The notes below the pieces were generated by a model. That model was not told the DNA's origin and ran no database searches. It saw nothing but the letters and a program-made list of their open reading frames with translations. A program made the translations under genes and the position numbers. Shown here one piece after another: positions 1 through 7,187 of a stretch of DNA of 12,643 nucleotides (its first letter is position 1; each line of letters opens with the position of its first letter). Source of the stretch: Armatimonadota bacterium. Its GTDB lineage: Bacteria > Sysuimicrobiota > Sysuimicrobiia > Sysuimicrobiales > Humicultoraceae. The stretch covers positions 1 to 12,643 of the forward strand of contig JBQTJP010000106.1 in the NCBI GenBank assembly GCA_052386995.1, written 5' to 3'.

Positions 1-591
<591 letters not shown>

Positions 592-603
592 TGAGTTACC
601 GGC

Positions 604-633
604 AGTCTAGCACGGGGTACTCCGAAGCGGCAA
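604..633 (-). promoter_or_regulatory. Putative sigma70-type promoter of the T-box/proS transcript
   Basis: TTGCCG (633-628), 18-nt spacer ending in TGc (extended -10), TAGACT (609-604). Predicted start near 597, just before Stem I. Confidence 0.6.
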
Positions 634-661
634 GGCTCTGGTGGTGCGATCCGTCAACGGC

Positions 662-904
662 TCAAGAACCGCGCCGGGCAGGAAAGACCGCCAGAACCAC
701 GAGGGCGTCTTCAGCCACCACATAGCTCACGCACCAGTTCCTGACGACGAAGTAGCGGAACCCGGCATACGGCTGCCGCTCCCGCACAGCGTACATCTCC
801 GGAAAGTCGAAAACGAGCGCAAGACGGTCAAGAACCGCCCGTCGAACGGCCTGGGGCAACCGCCGGAACGCATCACCCGCGGGAGTGGTCCAAAGGATCC
901 TCAC
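662..904 (-). CDS. Type II toxin, RelE/ParE superfamily
   Basis: 80 aa with an N-terminal MRILWT..A...F..L strand-helix pattern and C-terminal 'FRYFVVRNWCVSYVV.EDALVVLAVFPARR' beta-sheet pattern. GTG start overlaps the upstream gene's stop (GTGA, 904-901). Confidence 0.8.
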   Translation of the reverse strand: MRILWTTPAGDAFRRLPQAVRRAVLDRLALVFDFPEMYAVRERQPYAGFRYFVVRNWCVSYVVAEDALVVLAVFPARRGS

Positions 905-1176
905 CGCTTCGCCTTACGACGACGGAGCCTCCTGACCACCTCGTGGTGCGACCGCAGACGCCCCTCGCGCCAGGCCGCAATGCCGGCATCCATCGCCTTG
1001 CGCGCGTGCGGCTGAGCCAGCACCGCGTCCAGAGCCCGTTCAACCTTTTCCCTCTCGGCAAAGTAACGGATCGCTTCGCGCACCACAAAGCTCTGGTTCC
1101 CGGCCCGCGGCGATGCAAGCTCTTTAAGCAGCCGGTAAGAACTGTCATCGAGAACGACCTGGACCTTCCTGCCCAC
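901..1176 (-). CDS. Antitoxin with N-terminal ribbon-helix-helix (CopG/Arc/MetJ-like) domain
   Basis: 91 aa; 'RKVQVVLDDSSYRLLKELA....NQSFVVREAIRYF' fits an RHH pattern, and C-terminal 'GIAAWREGRLRSHHEV' resembles antitoxin tails. GGAGG SD at 1187-1183, GTG start, coupled to the toxin. Confidence 0.8.
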   Translation of the reverse strand: MGRKVQVVLDDSSYRLLKELASPRAGNQSFVVREAIRYFAEREKVERALDAVLAQPHARKAMDAGIAAWREGRLRSHHEVVRRLRRRKAKR

Positions 1177-1191
1177 CAGTATCCTCCTGTC

Positions 1192-1217
1192 TCATGACTT
1201 ATCATGATTCTACCACA
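1192..1217 (-). promoter_or_regulatory. TA operon extended -10 promoter with tandem TCATGA palindromes (putative operator)
   Basis: TGTGgTAGAAT (1217-1207) matches TRTGnTATAAT. TCATGA occurs at 1202-1207 and 1192-1197, 10 bp apart, between the -10 and the SD. Confidence 0.6.
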
Positions 1218-1416
1218 CTCTATCTGTATGCAGGAGAATCGCAAGTCGGGCTCTTGAATTTCAAGATAGAGCACATCATGCTCTACACATGAAGAGGAAG
1301 ATTTCCCCTAAGGGTGATCTCCGCGGGCCCGTAAACGCCCTGCTGAACGAGACGCGAGGACCCAGGCCGAAGTACCCCGGAAGAGACCGCTAGCCTCGGG
1401 GCCGGTCGTTCCTCGG

Positions 1417-2376
1417 ATGCCCTCCATCGCAGAGACCCGGCAGGAACTCGTCCAGCTCGTCCTTCCCGAGCACGGCAACATCCACGGCAATCTGTTCGGC
1501 GGGCGGATGATGTACTGGATCGTCTCTGCCGCCACGCTCCCGGCGCTGCGTCTGGCGCGCGGTCAGGTGCTGCTCGGCAGCATGGACGACCTGGACTTCC
1601 TGGCGCCCGTACGCGTGGGCGACCTGGTCACGCTGCGCTCGCAGATCGAACACGTGGGACGATCGTCGATGGAGGTCTCCGTGGACGTGGAGACCGAAAA
1701 TCCCCGCACCGGCGATCGCCGGCGCGCGACCTCGGCGCACCTGGCCATGGTAGCCGTCGATGATCAGGGCCGGCCTCGGCAGGTCGGAGAGACAATTACT
1801 CCCGGTAGCCCGGCGGAGCGCGCGGCGGCAGACGCTGCCCGCGCGCGCAAGGAAGCGCGAGATCGACGTCTGGTCGAGCGCGCCTCGCTGTCCGCTGACT
1901 CGGAACGGGATCGCGGCGAACTGCGGTGGGCGATCGAGGTGCCCCGCATCGTCTTCCCGGAGGACGCTGTCGCTGGGAACAAGATGTTCGCGGGGACCCT
2001 GCTCCTTTCGCTCGACGAGTTTGCGTCCATTCTCGCGGTCCGCTACGCGCGTGGATCGGTGGTAACGGCGTCGATCGACGGTCTGGATTTCTACGCGCCC
2101 ATCCTGGTGACCAACATCGTCGTCTATCAGGCGGCAATCAACTATGTGGGACGGAGTTCAATCGAGGTCGGCGTGCGCGTGATGGCCGAAGATCCCCGCG
2201 CGGGCACGGTCCGTCATACCTGCACCGCGTATCTGACCGCCGTACACGTGGGTCCGGACGGCCGCCCGCGGCCTCTACCGGCGTTCGAGCCTCAGACGCC
2301 GGCCGAGCAGCGGCGGTGGCGCGAAGCAGAGATGCGCCGCGCGCAGCGCCAGCGCCGGCGCGCCACGCTGACGTAA
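1417..2376 (+). CDS. Tandem double-hotdog acyl-CoA thioesterase (YciA/ACOT7-like)
   Basis: Two hotdog repeats: 'VLPEHGNIHGNLFGGRMM...MDDLDFLAPVRVGD...VGRSSMEV...VAVDDQGRPR' and 'VFPEDA...MFAGTLLLSLDE...IDGLDFYAPI...VGRSSIEVGV...VHVGPDGRPRP'. No clear SD, so the start is slightly uncertain. Confidence 0.92.
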   Translation: MPSIAETRQELVQLVLPEHGNIHGNLFGGRMMYWIVSAATLPALRLARGQVLLGSMDDLDFLAPVRVGDLVTLRSQIEHVGRSSMEVSVDVETENPRTGDRRRATSAHLAMVAVDDQGRPRQVGETITPGSPAERAAADAARARKEARDRRLVERASLSADSERDRGELRWAIEVPRIVFPEDAVAGNKMFAGTLLLSLDEFASILAVRYARGSVVTASIDGLDFYAPILVTNIVVYQAAINYVGRSSIEVGVRVMAEDPRAGTVRHTCTAYLTAVHVGPDGRPRPLPAFEPQTPAEQRRWREAEMRRAQRQRRRATLT

Positions 2377-2386
2377 CGCTCGCACC

Positions 2387-2809
2387 TCACCTGTGCCGTC
2401 CCGTCCCGTTGAATCCTGCTTGCAGAATGAGCCGGTCGGTCGTCGCCGCTCCATGATTGATTGCGCGGATCTCGCCGTCGGGTCCAATGACAACGGTGCT
2501 TGGCACGGTGAGGATGCCGAAACGGCGTGCAAGATGTGGCGCATCCAGGGCATCGATCTCACGCGTGACGAGTTGTCCCGGGAACCGCCGCTCGAGAGCT
2601 TCCAGGGCTGGCCGCTGCACCGTCTTGCAGGGAACGCAGTCCGGCGTCGTGAACGCGAGGACAAGCGCCCCCGCGCCGCCCGCATCGTAGGCATACACCA
2701 GGTCCTCCGCGCCGGAACGCCACACGCGATGCCGCCGCCAGGTGATCCAGAGCCACACGGCTGCAGCGCCGACAAGCAGCACGCCTAGCGCGAGCAGCGG
2801 TTCGCGCAC
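2387..2809 (-). CDS. Membrane-anchored thioredoxin-family protein (CVPC)
   Basis: N-terminal hydrophobic helix (LLALGVLLVGAAAVWLWITW), FTTPDCVPCK CxxC motif and 'FGILTVPSTVVI' cis-Pro motif. Start reassigned to in-frame GTG 2809, 1 nt after the DUF4395 stop; the ORF track's 2869 start overlaps that gene. Confidence 0.85.
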   Translation of the reverse strand: MREPLLALGVLLVGAAAVWLWITWRRHRVWRSGAEDLVYAYDAGGAGALVLAFTTPDCVPCKTVQRPALEALERRFPGQLVTREIDALDAPHLARRFGILTVPSTVVIGPDGEIRAINHGAATTDRLILQAGFNGTGRHR

Positions 2810-2810
2810 G

Positions 2811-3254
2811 CTACGCCCCCTGGGTGCGCCGCGGGAGCCATCCACGCCGCGAGAGCTGATAGTAGACAAAGCACCCCGCGCAGAACCTCGCGACGACGTT
2901 CAGCAACGCAAGAGCCGCCACGAGACCGGCCAGAATCCACCCAAGCGTGGACGCGCCGATGAAGAGCGCGAGGGTGGACAGCCACAAGAACGCGGCTCCC
3001 ACGCCCTGCGCGAACCGATGGGGCGCCGGATCATCGGGAACCAGGTGGGGCTTGATGACACCAAGCGGCACGGCGACGCGCTGATAGAGCAGCCGGAACA
3101 GGCTCCGCGACGGCGCGGCGGCGCTGATGATGAGCACGGCCGCGAGAAACAGAATCAACCAGGGCGCCGCCAGGGCCCCGGCGACGACGATCCATGCCGC
3201 GATGACCAGCTGTCCGAACTTGATTGCCGAGTGATCCACCACTGTTTGCGCCAT
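2811..3254 (-). CDS. DUF4395 family membrane protein
   Basis: 147 aa, about 4 TM segments, with 'VD...KFGQ', 'DDPAPHRFAQGVG' and 'LNVVARFCAGCFVY' motifs typical of DUF4395. SD GAGGAGAGG upstream of ATG 3254. Confidence 0.88.
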   Translation of the reverse strand: MAQTVVDHSAIKFGQLVIAAWIVVAGALAAPWLILFLAAVLIISAAAPSRSLFRLLYQRVAVPLGVIKPHLVPDDPAPHRFAQGVGAAFLWLSTLALFIGASTLGWILAGLVAALALLNVVARFCAGCFVYYQLSRRGWLPRRTQGA

Positions 3255-3359
3255 CTCAACCTCTCCTCAACGAAATCGTCCTTCAACCGCGTCGCCCACC
3301 TGGGTGGGGGCGGAGATGACGCCGGGCGCCTGACGCTGGACTGCTGGAGTGCTAGGACG

Positions 3360-3467
3360 TTAGCGAACGTGGGTGGCGAAGGCGCTCAGCGACCTCCGCC
3401 GCGGACAGATGCATTTACGCGGGGCGTACTGCAGGCTCGACGGGTCGATACACACACACCACTGCAT
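3360..3467 (-). CDS. Putative Cys-rich leader (attenuator) peptide, 35 aa
   Basis: ATG 3467 to TAA 3360 gives MQWCVCIDPSSLQYAPRKCICPRRRSLSAFATHVR, with 4 Cys as two CxC pairs. Lies between a TTGACA promoter and DUF4395; no SD. Below the ORF-track cutoff. Confidence 0.65.
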   Translation of the reverse strand: MQWCVCIDPSSLQYAPRKCICPRRRSLSAFATHVR

Positions 3468-3480
3468 GGCTGATAGTGCC

Positions 3481-3509
3481 CTTGTAGCAGAGCCGGAAGC
3501 GTCTGTCAA
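3481..3509 (-). promoter_or_regulatory. Putative promoter of the leader-DUF4395-thioredoxin transcript
   Basis: Perfect TTGACA (3509-3504), 17-nt spacer ending in TGc, and TACAAG (3486-3481; last base non-consensus). An alternative -10 CACTAT (3478-3473) would give a leaderless start at ATG 3467. Confidence 0.5.
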
Positions 3510-3520
3510 CGGCCGCGGGG

Positions 3521-4144
3521 TCAGGCGCTGTGAACCCACGCCATTGCGGAGGACACGGCGATTTCCGCGGCCTCGGTGTCAGGCCCCGGCGCCGGTATCG
3601 TCGGACCGAATCGCAGGCTGACACGACCGGGGCGCGGGAAGCGCGCGCCCAGCGGGAAGACGCTGCCCGTCCCCCGGATGGCCGCCGGCACGATGGGCAC
3701 GCCGGCGCGCGCGGTGATGAGCGCCGCCCCACGCTGCGGCGGCCGCGGCTCGGCGCCAATGCTTCCTTCGGGAAAGAGGGCCACCTTGCGTCCGTCGGCG
3801 AGTGCGCGCAGCGATTCTTTGATCGCCGACATGTCGATCCCGCCGCGACGGACCGGGATGCATCCATAGGCCCGCATCGCCCAGCCGACGAAGCCGCGCA
3901 TGACGAGGAACTCCTCCGCGGCCACGAAGAGCAGGCGTTCCGGGACAGCCGCGCAAATGAACAGCGGGTCGACAGCGCTGGGATGGTTGGCGACGATGAC
4001 GGCAGGACCGGCTGGGACGTTCTGGAGTCCGTTCACGCGGAACCGAAACACCGCGCGCAGCAACCAGAAGACGGAGACGCGCGTCAGTCGGAAGAGCGCT
4101 GTTTCTCGCGGCCAGCGCGCTGCAGCGGGACTAGGTCCCTCCAT
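3521..4144 (-). CDS. Lysophospholipid acyltransferase (PlsC-like 1-acyl-sn-glycerol-3-phosphate acyltransferase)
   Basis: NHPSAVD (HX4D), 'IPVRRG', 'LFPEG' and 'VPIVP' motifs. Start uncertain: ATG 4144 (overlaps the TerC stop) or ATG 4159; the track's 4237 start is probably too long. Confidence 0.88.
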   Translation of the reverse strand: MEGPSPAAARWPRETALFRLTRVSVFWLLRAVFRFRVNGLQNVPAGPAVIVANHPSAVDPLFICAAVPERLLFVAAEEFLVMRGFVGWAMRAYGCIPVRRGGIDMSAIKESLRALADGRKVALFPEGSIGAEPRPPQRGAALITARAGVPIVPAAIRGTGSVFPLGARFPRPGRVSLRFGPTIPAPGPDTEAAEIAVSSAMAWVHSA

Positions 4145-5090
4145 CGCCGCCCGAGGCATGCTGGGACCGGCGCCTCTCCGGTGCCACCTGATACTTGCGG
4201 CGTCTGCCGCGCCGGGACCGCGTGGTGTTGATCGCATTGCGTCCCACGCGCGCCGTGCCCTTCACCGCCCAGCCCAGCGGCCGCACGAGCATCCGGATAG
4301 CGGCGCTGAGCAGGCCCAACCCCCGACGGATCCACCGGAGGCGGCGTCCCAGCGCCTGTAGGGCCGGCACGCGGGCGTAGGTGAGTGTCATCGCGATGAC
4401 CCCCAGCGAGATTGCGAATTTGCCGGCGTGAGAGAAGTGGACGCCCAGGAGCTCCTCGGCGAACAACTCGAGGCCGATGACGAACACCAGCAAGTAGGCC
4501 GTGGCCTCCAGGATGGGCTCGCGCTCAATGAGTCGTACAAAGATGCCCGCCGCGAAGCGCATCGTGACGATCCCGAGAAAGACGCCTGTCAGCACCACCC
4601 ACATCTCGCGGGAGAGCGCGACCGCGGCGACAACATTGTCGATGGAGAACGCCATGTCGGCGAGCTCGACGTTGAGCACGACCATCCAGAACGATCGAGC
4701 CGCGGCCGGGATGCGACCGGGCTCGCGGTCGAGGTGCTCCGCCTCCTCCGCCTCGGCACCGAAATGCGCGAACGCCAGGTAGATGAGGTAGAACCCGCCC
4801 AGAAGCAGCAGCCACCGGTTCTGGACGACCCAGGCGGCCGCGAAGAGCATCGAGCCGCGGCCGACATAGGCGCCGAAGAGTCCTGCCTTGAGTGCGGCGA
4901 GCTGCTGTCCGCCCAACAGACGATGCACCGGCGCCTGGAGAAACCGCAGCGGACCAGGCCAGGGAATCGGCTCACCCCGGGGCAGACGTGAGACCATGGC
5001 GCCGAGCACCGCCGCGTTGTCAATGGAGAGAATCCCCTCCAGGTAGACAAGCTGGAGGATGATGAGGAGCGCGCTCCAGTCAAAGGGCAC
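4131..5090 (-). CDS. TerC family integral membrane protein
   Basis: Two signature repeats, 'LEGILSIDNAAVL' and 'ELADMAFSIDNVVAAVA', plus 'GIVTMRFAAGIF'; multiple TM segments. GAGGG SD before GTG 5090. Confidence 0.93.
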   Translation of the reverse strand: MPFDWSALLIILQLVYLEGILSIDNAAVLGAMVSRLPRGEPIPWPGPLRFLQAPVHRLLGGQQLAALKAGLFGAYVGRGSMLFAAAWVVQNRWLLLLGGFYLIYLAFAHFGAEAEEAEHLDREPGRIPAAARSFWMVVLNVELADMAFSIDNVVAAVALSREMWVVLTGVFLGIVTMRFAAGIFVRLIEREPILEATAYLLVFVIGLELFAEELLGVHFSHAGKFAISLGVIAMTLTYARVPALQALGRRLRWIRRGLGLLSAAIRMLVRPLGWAVKGTARVGRNAINTTRSRRGRRRKYQVAPERRRSQHASGGDGGT

Positions 5091-5147
5091 GACGATCCCT
5101 CACAATCGGACCGACATCCTAAGCCAATCAGTCCGGAGGCGCCCGCG

Positions 5148-6665
5148 TCAGCGCGCGGCGTTCGCACGCGCCCGACGTCGAGTATACCCTTGAATTGCCG
5201 GCAGCAAGAAGAGGAAGGCGCTCGCGAGCAGAAACGCCAGGGCGATTGGCCGCGTGAAAAAGATCGTCGGCGACCCCTGAGACATGATCAAACTCTGCCT
5301 TAGCGCCTGCTCCATCATGTCGGAGAGCACGAGCGCCACAACGAGCGGGGCCAGCGGATACTTGAGCTTCTTGAACACGTACCCGGCCAGACCCGCGCCG
5401 ACCATGATCCAGAGGTCCAGCACAGCGTTGTTGACGGCATACGCGCCGATGCTGGACAGGATGACGATGAGCGGCGCCAGAACGGCAAACGGGATTCGGT
5501 TGATCGCGGCAAATACCGGCACGAGGGTAAGGACCAGCATCACGCCGATGACGTTCGCGATGTACATCGAGCCGATGAGCCCCCAGACGAACTCCCGCTG
5601 CTCCTTGAACAGCAGCGGCCCGGGGTTCAGGCCCCAGATGAAGAAGCCAGCCAGCATGACCGCGGCCGTCGGCGATCCGGGGATGCCGAGCGTGACCATC
5701 GGCAAAAGCGCCCCGATGCCCGCCGAGTGCGCCGCGGTCTCGGGCGCGATGACGCCCTCGACCTCGCCCTTGCCGAACCGCTCGGGATTCTTGCTGAACT
5801 GCCGGGCCATGCCGTAGCTCATGAAGGAGGCTGGGGTAGCACCGGTGCCGGGCATCACGCCGATCCAGAACCCGACGATCGTCGAGCGGATCAGGGTCGC
5901 CCAGTAGCCGGGTAGCATCTTCCAGGTCTCCCACACGTCTTTGAACCCCAGGCGCGCGCGAATACCTACCAGGTGTAGGCCTTCCTCCACCGAGATGAAG
6001 ATCTCCCCCAGTCCGAACAGCCCGATGGCGATCACGATGAAGCTGATGCCGCTCTGCAGCGACACGAGCCCGAAGTGCATCCGCGGCTGCCCGGTGACGA
6101 TGTCGAACCCAACGGTACCCAGCAGCAGGCCGAGCAGCGTCATCAGGATGGCCTTCACGGGATCGCCGCCTCCGAGTCCGGACAGGCTGGCGAAGGCGAG
6201 GAGCAGCACGGCGAAGTTCTCAGGCGGGCCGAACTTCAGCGCGATCTCGGCGAGCGGAGGGGCGAACAGCGTGAACAGGATGATCGACACGAAGGCGCCG
6301 ATGAACGAGGAGCTGAACGCGGCCGTCAGCGCGATCCCGGGCTTCCCCTGCTTGGCCAGGGGATGGCCGTCGAACGTGGTGGCCACCGACCACGGCTCTC
6401 CCGGGATATTGAACAGAATCGATGTGATCGCGCCGCCGAAGATCGCGCCCCAGTACACGGACGCGAGCAGGATGATCGCCGATGTCGCACCCAGCTTGAA
6501 CGTGAGCGGCAAGAGCAGCGCCACCCCGTTTGTACCGCCGAGACCGGGCAGCACGCCGATGGCTGTCCCCAGCAGCAGTCCGGCCAGCACGATGAGCAAA
6601 TTGAAGGGGGTGAGGGACACCCCCAGGCCGTAGAGAAGGTCGTTGAAGACGGAGGCCACGCTCAT
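5148..6665 (-). CDS. tctA: Tripartite tricarboxylate transporter, large permease subunit
   Basis: 505 aa with 'GVLPGLG', 'ILFNIPGE', 'TTFDGHPLAKQG', 'GVIAPETA' and 'LGIPGSPTAAVM' TctA motifs. Confidence 0.96.
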   Translation of the reverse strand: MSVASVFNDLLYGLGVSLTPFNLLIVLAGLLLGTAIGVLPGLGGTNGVALLLPLTFKLGATSAIILLASVYWGAIFGGAITSILFNIPGEPWSVATTFDGHPLAKQGKPGIALTAAFSSSFIGAFVSIILFTLFAPPLAEIALKFGPPENFAVLLLAFASLSGLGGGDPVKAILMTLLGLLLGTVGFDIVTGQPRMHFGLVSLQSGISFIVIAIGLFGLGEIFISVEEGLHLVGIRARLGFKDVWETWKMLPGYWATLIRSTIVGFWIGVMPGTGATPASFMSYGMARQFSKNPERFGKGEVEGVIAPETAAHSAGIGALLPMVTLGIPGSPTAAVMLAGFFIWGLNPGPLLFKEQREFVWGLIGSMYIANVIGVMLVLTLVPVFAAINRIPFAVLAPLIVILSSIGAYAVNNAVLDLWIMVGAGLAGYVFKKLKYPLAPLVVALVLSDMMEQALRQSLIMSQGSPTIFFTRPIALAFLLASAFLFLLPAIQGYTRRRARANAAR

Positions 6666-6668
6666 CGG

Positions 6669-7151
6669 CTACCTCTTGTAGAGGAGATACTCCAAAATGG
6701 CGCCGCCGGGCATGGGGAGCAAAAACCAGCGCTCGAAGATGAAGAACAACGCTATGGGGATGAGCAGGCTGACCGGCACGATCGTTGCCCACCGATGCCG
6801 GCCCACGAGCCACATGTACCCTGCCAGATAGAGCGCCCCGCCGATGTAGAGGCCCAGATAATCGATAAGGCCCACGATCGCCACCATCGGTAGGATAACG
6901 ACCAGCAGAGGCTTCCAGGCACCGGCAGGGATGAACGACGCGTCGGACCTTGATGGGTTGGCCCGGAGGTACTTCACCACGAGGGCGACGGCGCACAGCG
7001 CCACGCCCATGGCCAGGTAGAACGGAAAAAAGCCCGCGCCCGGACCGGCTCCCGTCCAGGCGACCGGCAGACGTAGCGCCTCGCGCACCAGCAGCCCGGC
7101 GCCGATTGCCAGCACCAGGGCCGCGATCGTCTCAGCCCTGCGCATCGCCAC
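6669..7151 (-). CDS. tctB: Tripartite tricarboxylate transporter, small subunit
   Basis: About 160 aa, 4-5 TM segments, 'GPGAGFFPF' and 'FFIFERWFLLPMPGG' motifs; sits between tctC and tctA. Start is GTG 7151 or ATG 7145. Confidence 0.9.
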   Translation of the reverse strand: MAMRRAETIAALVLAIGAGLLVREALRLPVAWTGAGPGAGFFPFYLAMGVALCAVALVVKYLRANPSRSDASFIPAGAWKPLLVVILPMVAIVGLIDYLGLYIGGALYLAGYMWLVGRHRWATIVPVSLLIPIALFFIFERWFLLPMPGGAILEYLLYKR

Positions 7152-7187
7152 GGGCCGGGAGGCCAGTCGTCATTCCCTCGGTGTCGA

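Noticed and set aside
651..660. CCGTCAACGG dyad containing TTGACG as the proS -35
   Set aside because: No -10 at 16-18 nt spacing; the TTGCCG/TAGACT pair fits better.
873..1274. 133-aa minus-strand ORF over the antitoxin
   Set aside because: Alternative frame with no SD; the 901..1176 frame has an SD, an RHH pattern and coupling to the toxin.
2387..2389. Thioredoxin TGA as selenocysteine readthrough
   Set aside because: It falls at the C-terminus after a complete fold with an intact CxxC; readthrough would run into the convergent thioesterase.
3450..3459. (CA)n dinucleotide run as a microsatellite or phase-variation tract
   Set aside because: Only about 5 units, and explained by the TGG TGT GTG TGT (W-C-V-C) codons of the leader ORF.
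5091..5147. yybP-ykoY (Mn) riboswitch, often found before terC
   Set aside because: The spacer is only 57 nt with a single hairpin; there is no room for the multi-stem aptamer.
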